Shown here: in pieces, positions 13,538 through 28,161 of the stretch | Layout of the letters: the number at the start of each line of letters is the position of its first letter | Position numbering within the stretch: the stretch's first letter is position 1 | NCBI GenBank assembly: GCA_951406725.2 | Contig: OX597825.1 | Coordinates: 15,438,001 to 15,502,000 of the forward strand | Direction: 5' to 3' | Source of the DNA: Octopus vulgaris | Taxonomy: Eukaryota | DNA: 64,000 bases | Notes under the pieces: generated by a model | The model's input: the letters and a program-made list of their open reading frames with translations, nothing else | What the model was told of the DNA's origin: nothing | Databases searched by the model: none | Translations under genes and position numbers: made by a program

Positions 13538-15525
13538 AGTAAAGCGTATATCGAAAACAAAAGAGAGTGTCGAGAGGGAGAGAAGGAGAGAATGGAGTGA
13601 GGGTGGAGGTTGTGTGCTTATGTTTGTAGTAGTGTAAGGAAAAAAGATTTTGGATATTAATTGAATTTCATCTTTATTTTTGATTTTGGATGTTTGTGTG
13701 GGTTGTAGCTTTATCCACGCCAGGTTTCTGAATTCGATACCAATGTAAGGGACACGTTTTCCAAAATCGTACGAAGTTGTCAAGAACGAAGCACGCCCTT
13801 AGTGTTTCTTAAATGGTTGTTTCTTCATTTTTCTTTTGATGCCACTACTAATGTGGTTAAGTGCACCTGCACCTGCTTGGGTTATCACAAGTTGACGTCA
13901 CAACAAGTGTTGTGTATTATCTGTAATAAAATTGAAAGTACAAGAGACATGGAGGATAGTCAATTTTGTACGATATGGCGATATTCTGGATAATGTTTAC
14001 ACCATGCAACATTCAAGTGAGCATTGAAGTCAGATGCAGAGATGTTGAGTTAAACGTGTTATGGTTGAAGATAGGTAGCAGTTCAGATATATGTGTAGGT
14101 TCAGTGTATCGACTATACATATACGAGAATATTAATTCAAAAACAGCTGCTTTACCCCTGAGTAACAGCTTGATGAAAGAAACTGTAATCAAAGACAGGC
14201 TAATCTGGAATAGTCCATTTGCTCCTAAGTGTGCCTTCGATTACATCTTTTTTTGTGTATGTGTCTCTCATTCATGGCAACAGTAAGAACTGATTTTGAC
14301 AGGGTTTGGCTGCTGTTTCAAGTGGTTCTTGTGACCACCGAATGCATGCAGCTTGTTGTCCTCTGAATCCTTCCTGGGATTTCATTTAAGAAGCTCTTAC
14401 CGATTTTACAGCAAGTATGTAGAAAATTCAGAGCTAAATAAGGAATTCAGAGCGCTTTTATTAAAGAGCACCATTTCAAACAAAGAATCTACATTAATAG
14501 AATAAATGTTGCTGATATAGAATATATATTGGCATAAATATCTTTTCATATATTTCTACACGTTCTATTATTTGGAGCTAGATTCATACAACCAACAATC
14601 ATACTCATGTACGTGCTCAGATTTTGTTAAGAGAAATAAAGCATTCATCAGCTACGTTGCCGCTAATTCACGTCTACGAAACAACATGTGTAATAAATAA
14701 CACAGGACTATTATCTGGATTCATACAGTTTTCAGTATGCTCTTGAGAAATTCATTTTATCACGAATATGTAAAATTCCTCTCTTTACCTTCATTTTGAT
14801 CTTACATTTGATACATCCATGATTTCTACTATTATCGATATAAATTTATCTGCTGCATCTCTAGTACTGGATCGATTGTTGCTTACTACGATGATTACGT
14901 AAGAAAATTAAATAGCTGTTTAATATAACTGGGAATGTTAGCATAGTTCTTTAAACTAGTTTCGAAATATTTTATAAAAATGTATTTCTTTGTAACAGTG
15001 AAGAATATCTTGTATGTTCCAGAAGAATGTTTTCAATAGAACACTATTGGCAATAGGATCAGAAATAACAATGGCTAGATAAATTTTGTTGTCTATTTTC
15101 CGATGTCGTCATGAGGAGAATCACACCTGCAAACTTATGTACTTGAATATATGCGTATCGAGATTTTCTATCCTTAGGTAGATCGAATTTTAGATTGTAT
15201 TATCCAAACAAAAATTTAAATTACTTTAAAGAGGTAAAAATATTTCAAAATTCTTTGTTAAAGAAAATACTTGAGATAGTGTTGTTACTATTGTGTGTTA
15301 ATCCTTGTGCTGCGGAGGAGGGGGCGGGGAGAAGGACGTGAGGGATCAGAATAGAAATTCATGACAAAATTGAACATCAGAAAAAGACGCTATTGTAAAG
15401 TAGAAAATCTAAAAGAGACTACAAAAGATAGTTGGATAAGTGAATAGAAGGAAAGAAAAGTGGCTAGGTAGATGAATATGTATAATACATGTGTGTGTGT
15501 TTGTGTGTTTATGTATGTATGCATG

Positions 15526-15569
<44 letters not shown>

Positions 15570-18500
15570 CAGACAGAGAGAGAGAGAGAGATTCATACAT
15601 ACATGCATACATATATATATATATATTTACATTCATATATATATCTATATATCTATATATATATACATATATATATATATAGAGAGAGAGAGAGAGTGGA
15701 GAGAGAGAGAGCAGATAAGTAGGTAGGTACCTTGCTTGATTCATTGATTCATTGAGTGGTTGATTGATTGATGGAGCACAGACGAATGTAATTTTGGCAT
15801 ACATCAGACACACCCACCACTTGTGATTACAGGAATGAAAGAAGGACGTCAAATCGATGAAGGAGATGAGATCCATTGTCCCCACTGCCGCCATTACCAC
15901 CAATTCCACTACCATATTCACCTTCACGATCATCATGTTTGCATATTTACCCTGATCATCAGTAAGGCTATAGTAGAGAGAGACTTTTGCCATATAATGC
16001 TTTGATTGGCACCTACACTCAACATATTAGATACTTACGAAAATTTCATTTATTCCAATAACTCAGTATGATAATGAAGAAGATACACTAAGTGGAATAA
16101 GAAAATAATAATTGGATGCTTAGTAATTTCTTAAAATCTATAGCCAGTTCAATCAAGTATACAGTCTCGATTGGTATTTTGACCATACTTTCAAGTACCA
16201 ATTTTTAATATTATTACTACTTAGGTTTATTTGTTCCCATTGCTTTGAAATTCACAAGAATTAGAAAATGTTCAAAGAATAATATACAAATAGCTTCACT
16301 GCTGCTTCGATAGTGAAGTTATCTTGCATAACATCAATTTGACTGGCAGCCAAAAAATTTATTGAGAATCAACCAACTGTTTTCAAAATGTTTGAACAGA
16401 TAAGTTCTCCGTTACTTTTGAAAACGAATTAATTTTCAGTTTAAATATGAATCATTATTTAATTGAATTCGTTCGGTAGCTGAAGGTAAAAAAACTTCTA
16501 GAATAACACAACCTCTTGCCATCTTCAACATAAATTAAATAGAGTTATTATATTTGACTGTTTTGAAAATTATTCTTCATCAACTGATATTAATTCAACT
16601 ACTTATTCTTGAGCTATAGCACAGAAATAATTAAATAAAACATTTTCGCTCAAATGTAAACGAAGTAAGACTATGACAATTAGTATGGATGTTTAATCAA
16701 CTGAATTGTCTACTCATTGAATTAGTGTGTAATTAGTTACGTATTCCATACCTACGTGTAATCTTAATTATTTTTCCCGGGGATACATATAGCGTTAAGG
16801 GCATAGGCAACATCAGAAGATTATAATGTACAAGAACTCCCACACTTACGCCGTATAGGTGATTCGTGGTAATTCCACATCCATTACAAACATTAGACCA
16901 CATGTTCATCATGCTTTTCACTGTCGACAACTAAAGATATACAAGTTCGACGGCTTAAGACTATTCTTCGTAGTTGAAGTCATAAAATACCTAAACATAT
17001 CCAAAGTTGTCTGACACGCTCGCCGAAAATATTTTTGATATCTCTTTTAGTCTAACACTTAACACTCACTCAATTTGAATCCACAAAATTATGTCTAATT
17101 TGGAGTTTCTCTTATAAAAACATATTCACCTAAAAACGTATTAACACATATAACAGATTCAACTCATTTTGTATGGGTAAAATAAAATGTATTGGCAACT
17201 TAAGATCGAACTGTCTTTTGGCTCACTGTTATATATATATAATATCGGCTACTTAAAAACTGGTGGAATTTCGTAGCATGCTCTATGCTTTTGCTAGTTC
17301 TTTTAGGAGCCTATTTGGTAGCGAATACATTTAGAGACCCTCCCGCTCATTCCAGTCTCGATCCAACGAGGCTTCGCGGACAGGAAAGCTACAACAGTCG
17401 CTTCATGCAATAGTTTCAATGAATTGTTGTACGTAAAGATAAAACGTATTTCGAAATATCACAAACATATACGACCTAGCCAGAGATAAATGCAGGAGAC
17501 AGAACACATAGCTTGATGCACCATGTTCACAGAATTATTTCAATGGGTAAAGAATCCTTCGTCTTATAAAATAGTAAATTGATCATAGAGAAGCATAAAC
17601 AAGTTTTCAAAACAAATTTACTTTAAATAATCTACTCTGCATTTAGAACGGTTGCTAACCCTTTCTCATCGTTAGTATTGAACTATGGCCTTAACTTTTG
17701 AGAAATAGGTTTCTTCGATTACACAGACAACAGAAACTGTCAAATATTATATTGATCCGGGAGGAATGAAAAGTTGATATCAGAACTCAGAGTATGAAAG
17801 TCTAAAGCAATAACCGTAAGTCACTTTGGCTACTCACTAATGATTCTACCAACTCACTAGCTTTAACTATCGTCATTAATAATAAAAATAAAATACAAAT
17901 GCCATATTCGAATTACAACTTTCTAAGATCTCTGGCATTCCAAAATAAAATTGCCATTCACAAAACTTATGTGCAAGTAAGAGATCTGTCACGAAATTCC
18001 AGAAATATACGTTGTCTAGACATGCACCTATTCTTACACAGAATGATAAATATTGAAATAGGTGAGAAAATATCCGTTTAAGTTTAAATACGATCAACAT
18101 AATTAAACTTATATAACATTAAAAAGATGAAACTTTCTACTATTATTATTATTCAGATCTTTTCGTAAAACTTATTTAATTCATCATGCGTGATTATATT
18201 AATGCTTAGAAAACCTATACAATATCTAGTTCATGTTTCATTGAGAAATTCTTCATTCTAGCTCACATACCAAAACACTGAATAAGCATACCAATTTAAA
18301 TTTCTTCAAACCTCTTGCAACAATAGACGTTCTTTACATTCTATAAAGGTATTATTATACTAAAAAAAAGAAAAAAACATAGACATTTTTCTTTGTCATA
18401 CTTGTTTCTAACTTCGTATGTATAACAATAGTTTTCGAGTCACCTGCAATTTAAATAACAATTCTGGCATTATTGTGATTAATTGCTTACAGAAGTACTT

Positions 18501-18727
18501 ACAAGAAAGTTATTTTTACATCAGACGCGACTTAAAATTCTTAAATGCTAACACATGTAGTATTTTCACATTTATAAATATATTCCAAATATTATAATAT
18601 ACACGTATACGGTGGTATATGTATGTATAATGGTATATCAGCATTTGTATACTCAAAACATAAAGAGAAACAAAGCCATATGTCTATGTACGTGTATATG
18701 TTTACACACATACACACACACACACAT

Positions 18728-18789
<62 letters not shown>

Positions 18790-19077
18790 GTGTAGAATAC
18801 TATCGTTGATTTTAGACCTCCACGTAAATTTTCATTATACAGTCGGCATCCGGAATACTGCTCAGTTTACGAACTGTAGTTAGTAGAATGATTGGTTATG
18901 ATATACAGGTTATATTTGGGATAAATTTTGAATGAAACAAATGTACGTCGTTTTTGTTACAAACAAACACACACACATACCACACACATGCACACGCACG
19001 GCGAGCGCACGAAACCTTAATGTTTTCTACTAATTTTGTGGTTGTGAAATATCAACCGCTGCCACAGACACGCGCTC

Positions 19078-19236
19078 GAAATGGCGTCCCTGTTATCGAA
19101 ATTAATACATCACCGGTATTACAGCCATGTATTTAGAATGCTGCAGTAAAGAATCGTAAGACGGTTTCTTCAAGCGGAGCCAATCAGCAGACTATGGTAA
19201 AAAGCAATCCATACTCCCGATTGGTCACATTGGCTA
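19078..19236. promoter_or_regulatory. Candidate Pol II promoter (three CCAAT/NF-Y boxes plus a YY1-like motif)
   Basis: AGCCAATCAG 19178-19187; GACCAATCG (-) 19218-19226; TAGCCAATG (-) 19228-19236; GAAATGGCG 19078-19086; locally CpG-rich and not recognisably repetitive. Confidence 0.35.
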
Positions 19237-19331
19237 ATATAGTCGGAAATAAGTAATAATAGTCGCTTCTGAGAAGATACAATGAACTCTCCACCTACAA
19301 TCTTTACAAGGATCGAAGAAATGGATAGATG

Positions 19332-19378
<47 letters not shown>

Positions 19379-19778
19379 CATCCAGAACTTTTTTTATTAA
19401 AACGTTTTGTTTTCTGCTACAAAAAAATTGAAACCCGAATAAACATTTTAAAACCACGCTTCAACTGTAATACCAGAAGGGATTATAAAACTATAATTGC
19501 GTTGGATTTAAAAAGTGACGCTATCACCTTTAAATGAATACCGACGCAGGACGCTTCTTAGAATTACTAACCTCGTGAGTAATGAACATTCGATGAAATT
19601 GCAGTGACTAAAATGCATAATTGTATACCGAGCAATGTTCAGTCGCTGCAGACGAAACATGTAGGTCAGAGTTATATATGGTGTAGAATTTTTTTTAATA
19701 AAAATGCTCTTCGTTATCAATTATATGGAATTTTGTAGTCCTGAACAGGAACACGGAAATACCCAACGAGTGAAGCTT

Positions 19779-19826
<48 letters not shown>

Positions 19827-20175
19827 CAAAATTTAGAGGAATGACCACTAAAGTGGACACCCTATATGCTAAACATAGACGTCAGATCCTCATTACCACG
19901 AATAATGTGTTCTCAAGAAAAAAAAATCTCAGCAAGACGCCAAAATTTAAAAATTTTTACATTTTGCCGTTTTGCTAAGAAATTTTTCTTGAGAACACAT
20001 TCTTCGTGGTAATGACGAGTTGACGTCTATGTTTAGCTTAGCATATAGGGTGTCCACTTTAGTGGTCATTCCTTTAAATTTTGCACGTATCCCAATTTTT
20101 GATCTTCGAATTTTTTTTAAATATGCCAAGCCGCTCGTTTTAATTCATTAACCTACCCTTATTATTTAATTTTAC
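19827..20175 (+). mobile_element. Fold-back insertion in (TA)n (about 125-bp arms plus 3' extension), probable PLE 3' terminus
   Basis: Palindrome 19827-20083 centred near 19952; TA tracts on both flanks; related sequence at 53517-53610 and about 12105-12160. Confidence 0.65.
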
Positions 20176-20994
20176 ATATATATATACAGAGAGAGAGGGG
20201 TAGAGAGACAGACAGACAGACAGAGATTGATAGATAGGTAGATAAAGTCTACAGACGATAAAATTGTCAAATTCGTAGCAGCAAAAGCGCATTTGTCTTT
20301 CTGCTAGCCGACAGTTGTTAATTTAGCAAAAAACTGCTCCTACCACTCCTAAATTCCTAAGTATCCATCAGTGTTTTATAATATCTAAGATCCATTTCCC
20401 GGAAACGCATTATATTAAAACGAAATCCATCTACGTTGAATAAAAGAAAATATGCGATGTTAACAACATCTAGTTTTGTACTTTATAATTGTGTAAGCTT
20501 TCGCACAATGACTACGTTTATATACACACACTCACAAAAATGTATATAAGGGTGTATACATTTATATTTAACTGTCAACCTCTATCAGTTTGTATCTGCA
20601 CGTCTGCACCGATTGCATTGATATTAATGTGCGCAGCGGGCGTAGGTTTGTGCGTGGTACACTTATCCTCATGAATCATTGCAAGTGAGTATAACGCTAT
20701 TTTGTAGTTCTGAGAGTTTTAAATAGAAATAAAACTATTTTCTTCAGAAGTTTGTGTATTTTTGCTTTATTTCATGTTTTGTGCATATAAAATTCACTAT
20801 AGATGTAATGTAATTATAACCTGTTTGTATATAAATATATATATATATAAAGTATATTTTTATTATCACACACTTGCCCATAGGATATATTATTTTTCTG
20901 CTCCTTTTTCCATGAAAATATTCTTATATATATATATATATATACGTGTTTGTGAGTATGCAAATATACACATAAGTTTGATTATGTACATATA

Positions 20995-21012
20995 TAGATA
21001 GACAGATAGATG

Positions 21013-21068
<56 letters not shown>

Positions 21069-21123
21069 TATAGATAGATAGATCGGTAGGTAGGTAGGTA
21101 GGTAGGTAGGTAGGTAGGTAGGG

Positions 21124-21199
<76 letters not shown>

Positions 21200-21200
21200 G
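20995..21200. repeat. (GATA)n/(GGTA)n microsatellite
   Basis: Direct. Confidence 0.95.
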
Positions 21201-21849
21201 AATAGATGATCAGAGAGAGTGTGTGTGAGTGAGTGTTTGCGTGGTAGAAAGGGAAAGATTTGATCTAAGAGAATTTGGATTGCTTTCATCATAGCAAATT
21301 CAATTTCGTCAACGTAACAATGTATTCTTGTAATTGGTAACCAAATACATTCGCTCAGAAATATAGGTTGAAATATAATTATATGTATTATATATAATTA
21401 TATATACCGCCTATAGACCTATATTTATATATCATGTATATATATATATATAGCTTTATTGTTATATATATTTGGGTTTAAAATGAAAGACTTTTTTGTG
21501 TGCGTAAATATGTGTGCATTTATATGTATCTATTTGTGCATGTGTTGTTTCTATGTGGATCTATATGAGTGTGAGAGGAAGGTAAGGAGATTGATATGCT
21601 TATGTTTATAAATAACTTTATAAAGATACATTGTATATACAAATGTAAAGACTAATATAAAAAAACGTATGTAATCATTTGTGTATATAGATTTATTTAT
21701 GGGACCATGTAGGTGTGTATATATGTGTTCGCGTACGTTTATTAGTAGAGTGTGGCTTACAGGCTTTTTTCTGCTGTCATAAGTGTGCATGACAATATAT
21801 TAGATAGACAGGTAGATAAACAGATAGGCACATACGTACATGCATAAAA

Positions 21850-21902
<53 letters not shown>

Positions 21903-22004
21903 CATACATACATACATAGATAACCATATAAGTATATATGGTTACATGCACATGTATATAAACATACATGTGCATGGATATATATGTATGTATGTATGTA
22001 TATA

Positions 22005-22050
<46 letters not shown>

Positions 22051-22062
22051 TAAATATACACA

Positions 22063-22120
<58 letters not shown>

Positions 22121-23712
22121 CTAATATGGGTGTGCGTATAAAACGCACTAAAACACATTTCTACATACAGTTATTAAGACTACGACAAAAACACGCCCGC
22201 TCAGACACACATACATACATACATATATTCATACATTTGGTAATATTAACCGCAATTTTTTGTAAAGTGAATGTGCCTTCCACCCAGTTCTATATCATAG
22301 TAGATGTATGATTCAAGTTAGAAATTCACTTTGATGAAAATGCAATTTCACCTCAATATATTTACTTCATAATTTTGATGTATTTGCTGAAATCCTTGTT
22401 GCAGAAAGGATATATTTTTTTATTATTATATCGTATTTGAAATTACTAGATTTTAGAGAAATAACCGGGTAAGAATTGGAAAAAAGCACTAAGGCGAGTA
22501 TAAAATTTGATTTGTATTTGAATAGTAAGCTAACTTCCATATTTCGTCAATAAATAGTTATATAGATATTTTTTGGCGCAGGTGGTGGAGGCATTTGCTA
22601 AAATATAGATTTATAATAAAATAAAATAGCAAAAGAAGGTTCGATGTATTGTAATAGTCGTATATATTCCAAATGTACTGTAAGTAAAAGTGCAAACGAA
22701 GTACTCTCGTCTTCCACTTAAAAGGAACCCGAAGCACAGGTTTTGTGCGATACGGTCTTTGGACCACATGCTAAAAGCTTATCTTTTTCTCAGTAGGGAC
22801 ATACAAGGCATGGAGTGATTTTATGCGGTAACCAATGCTTAGCACAGCGATTATTGGTTGTTTCACGCACCCAAAGAAATGTAGCAATGACTCTCAATGA
22901 GAAAATCGAAACAATCAGGATTCTTGGAAATAATATACTCAGCTTCTTCCTTTTCCTACATGCTCTAGTTACAGACCTTCATTACCACAGTTCTTACACA
23001 TGTTTTATACTCCTGACAGAACAATATTAAGCATACGGCTAGAAGGGATTGGATAGCGGTTGTCAATGCACTCAGACATGGAGGAGCTTGTAATGAAACT
23101 AGGAAAGTGAGAAGTTTGTGATATATAAGTAAAGAAATATTTGTTGAGAATTCTGAGAATGCAAAATGAATTGGAGATAATGCACGGTAAGAAGGTCAGC
23201 CATTACATTTAAAGCGACCTCTAGTCTATACACAGACCTTGGACAGCAATTGTTCTTGCTATCAAGTACATAGCAGAGCGTAGTGAATTTTTCCTAAACG
23301 AAAGTTTTGAAAATTATTTTTTGCAGTATGCTTCAGAATTAGCAAAGAATTCGCTCTCAATTTTATTTCTTTTTCCTTTTCTTGCGCATTGTTTCAATTC
23401 GCTTTGCATAATGGAATATTTTTCACTGCTATAGGGAAGTACAATTTTCCTTATGGCAGTAAGTGCGTATTTTCGCAAATCCATTATTGACTTTTCCTAG
23501 TTTGACCAATCCTGGAATTAATCTTGGTCTTTAAACATTTCTTATTCTTATATTTGATATTCACGCCAATTTCCCATACAGTATTGATTATTTGTGCCGT
23601 ATATAATCAACCTCCATACTTTAGAAATATTTCGTAAATTCTTTTTCAGGGGACATTATGACACACAGGTTATTTGTCTAGTACTGAGATGTATAGAATG
23701 GGAAAAAGAAAG

Positions 23713-23805
23713 GGAAAGAGTGAAATTTAATTTAAGTTTTGAAAGAATGAAATTTAATTTAAGTTTTGAAAGAGTGAAATTAAATTTAACTTTTGAAATT
23801 TGAAG
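23713..23805. repeat. 27-bp tandem repeat, about 3 copies
   Basis: GAAAGAGTGAAATTTAATTTAAGTTTT units. Confidence 0.85.
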
Positions 23806-24044
23806 TTAGATTCACTTTAACGTTTAAATTTAATTTGCCAAAATATTTTCGTCGCTTTGAGACCACTGAAAAATATGTGTGTGTGTGGGGGGGAGTAGTT
23901 GAAATTTATAGGAATTCACAATATGAAGATAGGTGTATGAACAACAAGCAAATGCATTTTTTTGACGCTCAGGTATGTGAAACAGACTTAAACGTTTCGA
24001 GTCTACGCTCTTCAACACACAAACACATACACACATGCATACAA

Positions 24045-24075
<31 letters not shown>

Positions 24076-25317
24076 AGAGTTTAAGCGATTATTCCTCACT
24101 GGAGTTTGTGACAGGGCATATGGAAGTATTTATACCTTGTATTGAAGGACGGCGATAAGGAAGATTTAAGTCTGAATGTGAAATATCTTTCCACAGATGG
24201 CAAAAGAAATGATATTTCAAAATAAGAGGTGTTATACAATTTTTATTACATATGTATTTCTTTAGATGCCGTAGCATTGGTTCATATATATGTTGTGTGT
24301 GTGCATGTGTGTGAATGTGCGTATGCGTGTGTGTGTGTCTGTGTGTGTGTTGTGTGTGAGAGAGTGCGTGTGCACACTGATATCTGAGATTTCATCCATC
24401 AGTATAATTTTCCTGGTTGGTCTACTTGAAACGCAATTGCGTAGAAGATATTGTGAAAGATCTCTGTTCCAAAGTTAAAACAAGACAAATACATGTGTGT
24501 GTGTGTGTATGTGTGGATGTGCACGCGCGTGTGTATGTGTGCGTGCGTGTGTGTGTGTATGTGTGTGCTTGTGTTTGGGTGCATGTGTTAATGAAAAGAC
24601 CATAGCGTAAACAAAACAAGTTGTTTTCTTCCTGTTGAATACTCCCAACAGGTTCCATGTTATGACCTGAGACTGAAAAATCGATAAACAACTTTGTTGC
24701 TGTAACTTGCAGTTAGTTATGAAAACTGCTATATATATATGCACATATATATACATATATATATATATGCATCCATACACACATATACATACATTCATAC
24801 ATACATAAGAACGCAAAAGCATGTTACATTTGAAAAGTTTGTTGCAAACTATCAGCTAGAAAAACAGCAGTAACAACAAACACATCGGAATCAGTCGACG
24901 TTTGCACGCAAGAATAAAAGCTAAAAGCTATAATAAAAAATTTTTTAAATATTCTTAACGAAAAAAAAAGTTCAAATGGAACTCATAAACTAGCAGATAC
25001 TATTAGAATAATGCAGTTTTAGTCCTTATATTTTTAAAAGCTCTCTGTGGTAATTTATGACTTATATATGGAAGAACAACATGCAGTTTAGAAAAAAAAA
25101 TCTTCGGTTTAATGTAAGTAAAAATATGGGAGTATATATTTTTTAACAATAGACTCTAGAACTGCAAACGGAGGCAAGAATCGGATCTATATAAAATTCT
25201 GGTGGATGTCTACAATGTTAGAGAAAACATAGTGTATATATATATTCTTATACCATGAATCTGTTGTATATAACAGCGTTAATAGTACATGTTATACTGA
25301 TATATATCCTTTATCTC

Positions 25318-25742
25318 AAGGCGGCGAGTTGGCAGAAACTTTAGCACGCCGGGCGAAATGCTTAGCGGGATTTTGTCTGCCGTTACATTCTGAGTTCAAA
25401 TTACGCCGAGGTCGACTTTGCCTTTCATCCATTCGGGGTCGATAAATTAAGAACCACTTACGCACTGGAGCCGATATAATCGACTTAATCCGTTTGTCCG
25501 TCCTTGTTTGTCCCCTGTGTGTGTAGCCCCTTGTGGGTAATGAAGAAATAAGAAACGTTAGTACGCTGGGCAAGGAACTTAGCTGTATTCCGTTTGCTTT
25601 TACGTTCTAAGTTCAAATTCCGTCCAGGTTGACTTTGCCTTTCGGTGTCGATAAATTAAGTACCAGTTGTGTCCTGGGTTCGACCTAATCGACTGGCCCC
25701 CTTCCGCTAAATTTCCGGCCTTGTTCCTAGAGAAGAAAAGGA
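25318..25742 (+). mobile_element. Dimeric family-B SINE
   Basis: Head and body followed by a second partial head and body from about 25550. Confidence 0.85.
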
Positions 25743-26078
25743 TATTTATCCTTTATATGTTTCTTGTTTCAGTTTTTGGACTGCGGCTTTGATACGTTTT
25801 TCACGAACAAACTACTACCATTGCTTATATACATTTTATTTTTATAGGATACTTATTCTAACAGATTATTTAGCCCAACAGCTAAGTTACGGGGACTTAA
25901 GTAAATAAACACCTCAATTTTATGTTTACTTTCAAAGCTGATTGAAACTCGATATATTTTAAATGTAAATGAATAAACAATTACATAGCTGTATTCCTAT
26001 TTTTTAAGCCAAATATAATTAGATAATTTAAACTTTAAATTAATTTTGCTGCTTAAACTACATAACTTTTGCAGAAGA

Positions 26079-26311
26079 AGGCGGCGAGCTGGCAGAAACG
26101 TTAGCGCGCCAGGCCAAATGCTTACGGTATTTCGTCTGTCGTAACGTTCTGGGTTCAAATTCCGCCGAGATTGACTTTCTCTTTCATCCTCTCGGGGTCG
26201 ATAAATAAAGTACCAGCTTCGCACTGGGTCGATGTAATCTACTTAATCCCTTTGTCTGTCCTTGTTTGTCCCCTCTATGTTTAGCCCCTTGTGGGTAGTA
26301 AAGAAATATAT
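26079..26311 (+). mobile_element. Family-B SINE with 17-bp TSD
   Basis: ATAACTTTTGCAGAAGA at 26062-26078 and 26312-26328. Confidence 0.92.
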
Positions 26312-26377
26312 ATAACTTTTGCAGAAGATACAAGCAAATAAGGGCTAGTGCTCTTTTGGTTTGTCCCCTCTAACACT

Positions 26378-26408
<31 letters not shown>

Positions 26409-26596
26409 TTCTCTCTCTCTGTTTTTCTCCCACCCTCTCTCTGTCCCTCAGTTTAATCTTTCTCTCCTTCTTCCTCTCTTTTTCCATCTGTTTCTCTCCT
26501 TCTCTCTCTCCCTTTCTCCGCCTCTATCGCTCTCTCTCTGCATTCCTCCCTTAGTTTTCTTTTATACATACTCTATTATGTAAAGGAAACAGATAT

Positions 26597-26986
26597 AGGC
26601 GCAGGAGTGGCTTTATGGTAAGATGTTTGCTTCCCAATAGCAGGGTTCCGGGTTCAGTCCAGTTCACTGCGTGGCACTTTGGGCAAGTGTCTTCTAATAT
26701 ATCTTCGAGACGAACAAAGCGGTGTGAGAGGATTTCGTAAACGGAAACTATAAGAAGCCCGCCGTATATATATTTATGTATTTTACTCTTTTACTTGTTT
26801 CAGTCATTTGACTGCGGCCATGCTGGAGCACCGCCTTTAGTCGAGCAAATCGACCCCGGGACTTATTCTTTGTAAGCCCAGTACTTATTCTATTAGTCTC
26901 TTTTGCCGAACCGCTAAGTGACGGGGACGTAAACACACCAGCATCGGTTGTCAAGCAATGCTAGGGGGACAAACACAGACACATAA

Positions 26987-27019
<33 letters not shown>

Positions 27020-27395
27020 CATATATACGACAGGCTTCTTTCAGTTTCGGTCTACCAAATCCACTCACAAGGCATTGGTCGGCCCGGGGCTATAGCAGAA
27101 GACACTTGCCCAAGATGCCACGCAGTGGGACTGAACCCGGAACCATGTGGTTGTTTAGCAAGCTACTTACCACACAGCCACTCCTGCGCCTATGTATATA
27201 TCTATGTGCATATGTCCCTCCCCCACCACCCGTTGACACCCAGTGTTGGTGTGTTTACAGCAAATAAGTAGATCAACAGAATAAATACCAAGCTTAAAAA
27301 TAAAAGTAGTGACGGTCGATTTATTTGACTAAAATTCTTCAAGGTGATGCCCCAGCATGGCCACAGTCTAATGACTGAGACAAATAAAAGAATAA
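26597..27395 (+). mobile_element. Older family-C SINE, interrupted in its internal TA tract
   Basis: 5' half 26597-26780, 3' half about 27192-27395. Confidence 0.8.
26781..27191 (-). mobile_element. Young family-C SINE nested in the preceding copy
   Basis: Near-identical reverse complement of 10324-10736. Confidence 0.9.
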
Positions 27396-28041
27396 AGCTT
27401 TAGAAATGGTAAAAAGAGAAAATTGTTATTAAAAGTCGTTAGTTCCAGTGACGAGTTAGAATAGCTTACTTAATATTTGTGAAACGCACTGTAACTACAA
27501 TTTAAATAATCGAAAAAATATTAGAAATTTTTAACAACTTATTGTTTTCCTGCGTTTGTTTAGCTTTTTGTTGTTGATTTTTTTGGTTTAGTTTTTTTTT
27601 TCTGTGTCCTCTTTCAATTACATTGAGTTATGTATTTGTTTAGAATATGTCTGTCTTCAAATTAGGTTACTTAAGTCTGAAATTATTCTTTTTACTTTCC
27701 CCATATAGTTTTAATTTGATGTCTTGAATGCTATCATAAATGTCAAGTAATGAAAATACCAGAAAGCAAAAGAAAGAACGAAAGCAAAAAAGAATATACG
27801 GAAGAATATTACAGAATGTATATTTAATTATCTTTAAGTGGATATTTAAAATGATATATTGCAATATCTAAGCACGTACGCGCTTGATAGCTATTAATAC
27901 TTTCTGTACAAGTATATTTCTGTGTCTTATACTTATATACATATATAGACACACACACACACACACATATACATGTATGTATACTTGTATATGTATGGAT
28001 TTGTATATACATACATATATACATATATGTACATATTTATA

Positions 28042-28092
<51 letters not shown>

Positions 28093-28093
28093 A

Positions 28094-28159
<66 letters not shown>

Positions 28160-28161
<2 letters not shown>

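Noticed and set aside
13860-14115. Possible exon (minus-strand acceptor, TCCDVNL*) or LINE endonuclease remnant (LWLKI...VGSVYR)
   Set aside because: All three frames after the acceptor hit stops quickly; similarity to an APE domain is too weak to call
19625-19668. GTC..GAC-GAAA-CATG-TA half-hammerhead
   Set aside because: The CUGANGA box is missing
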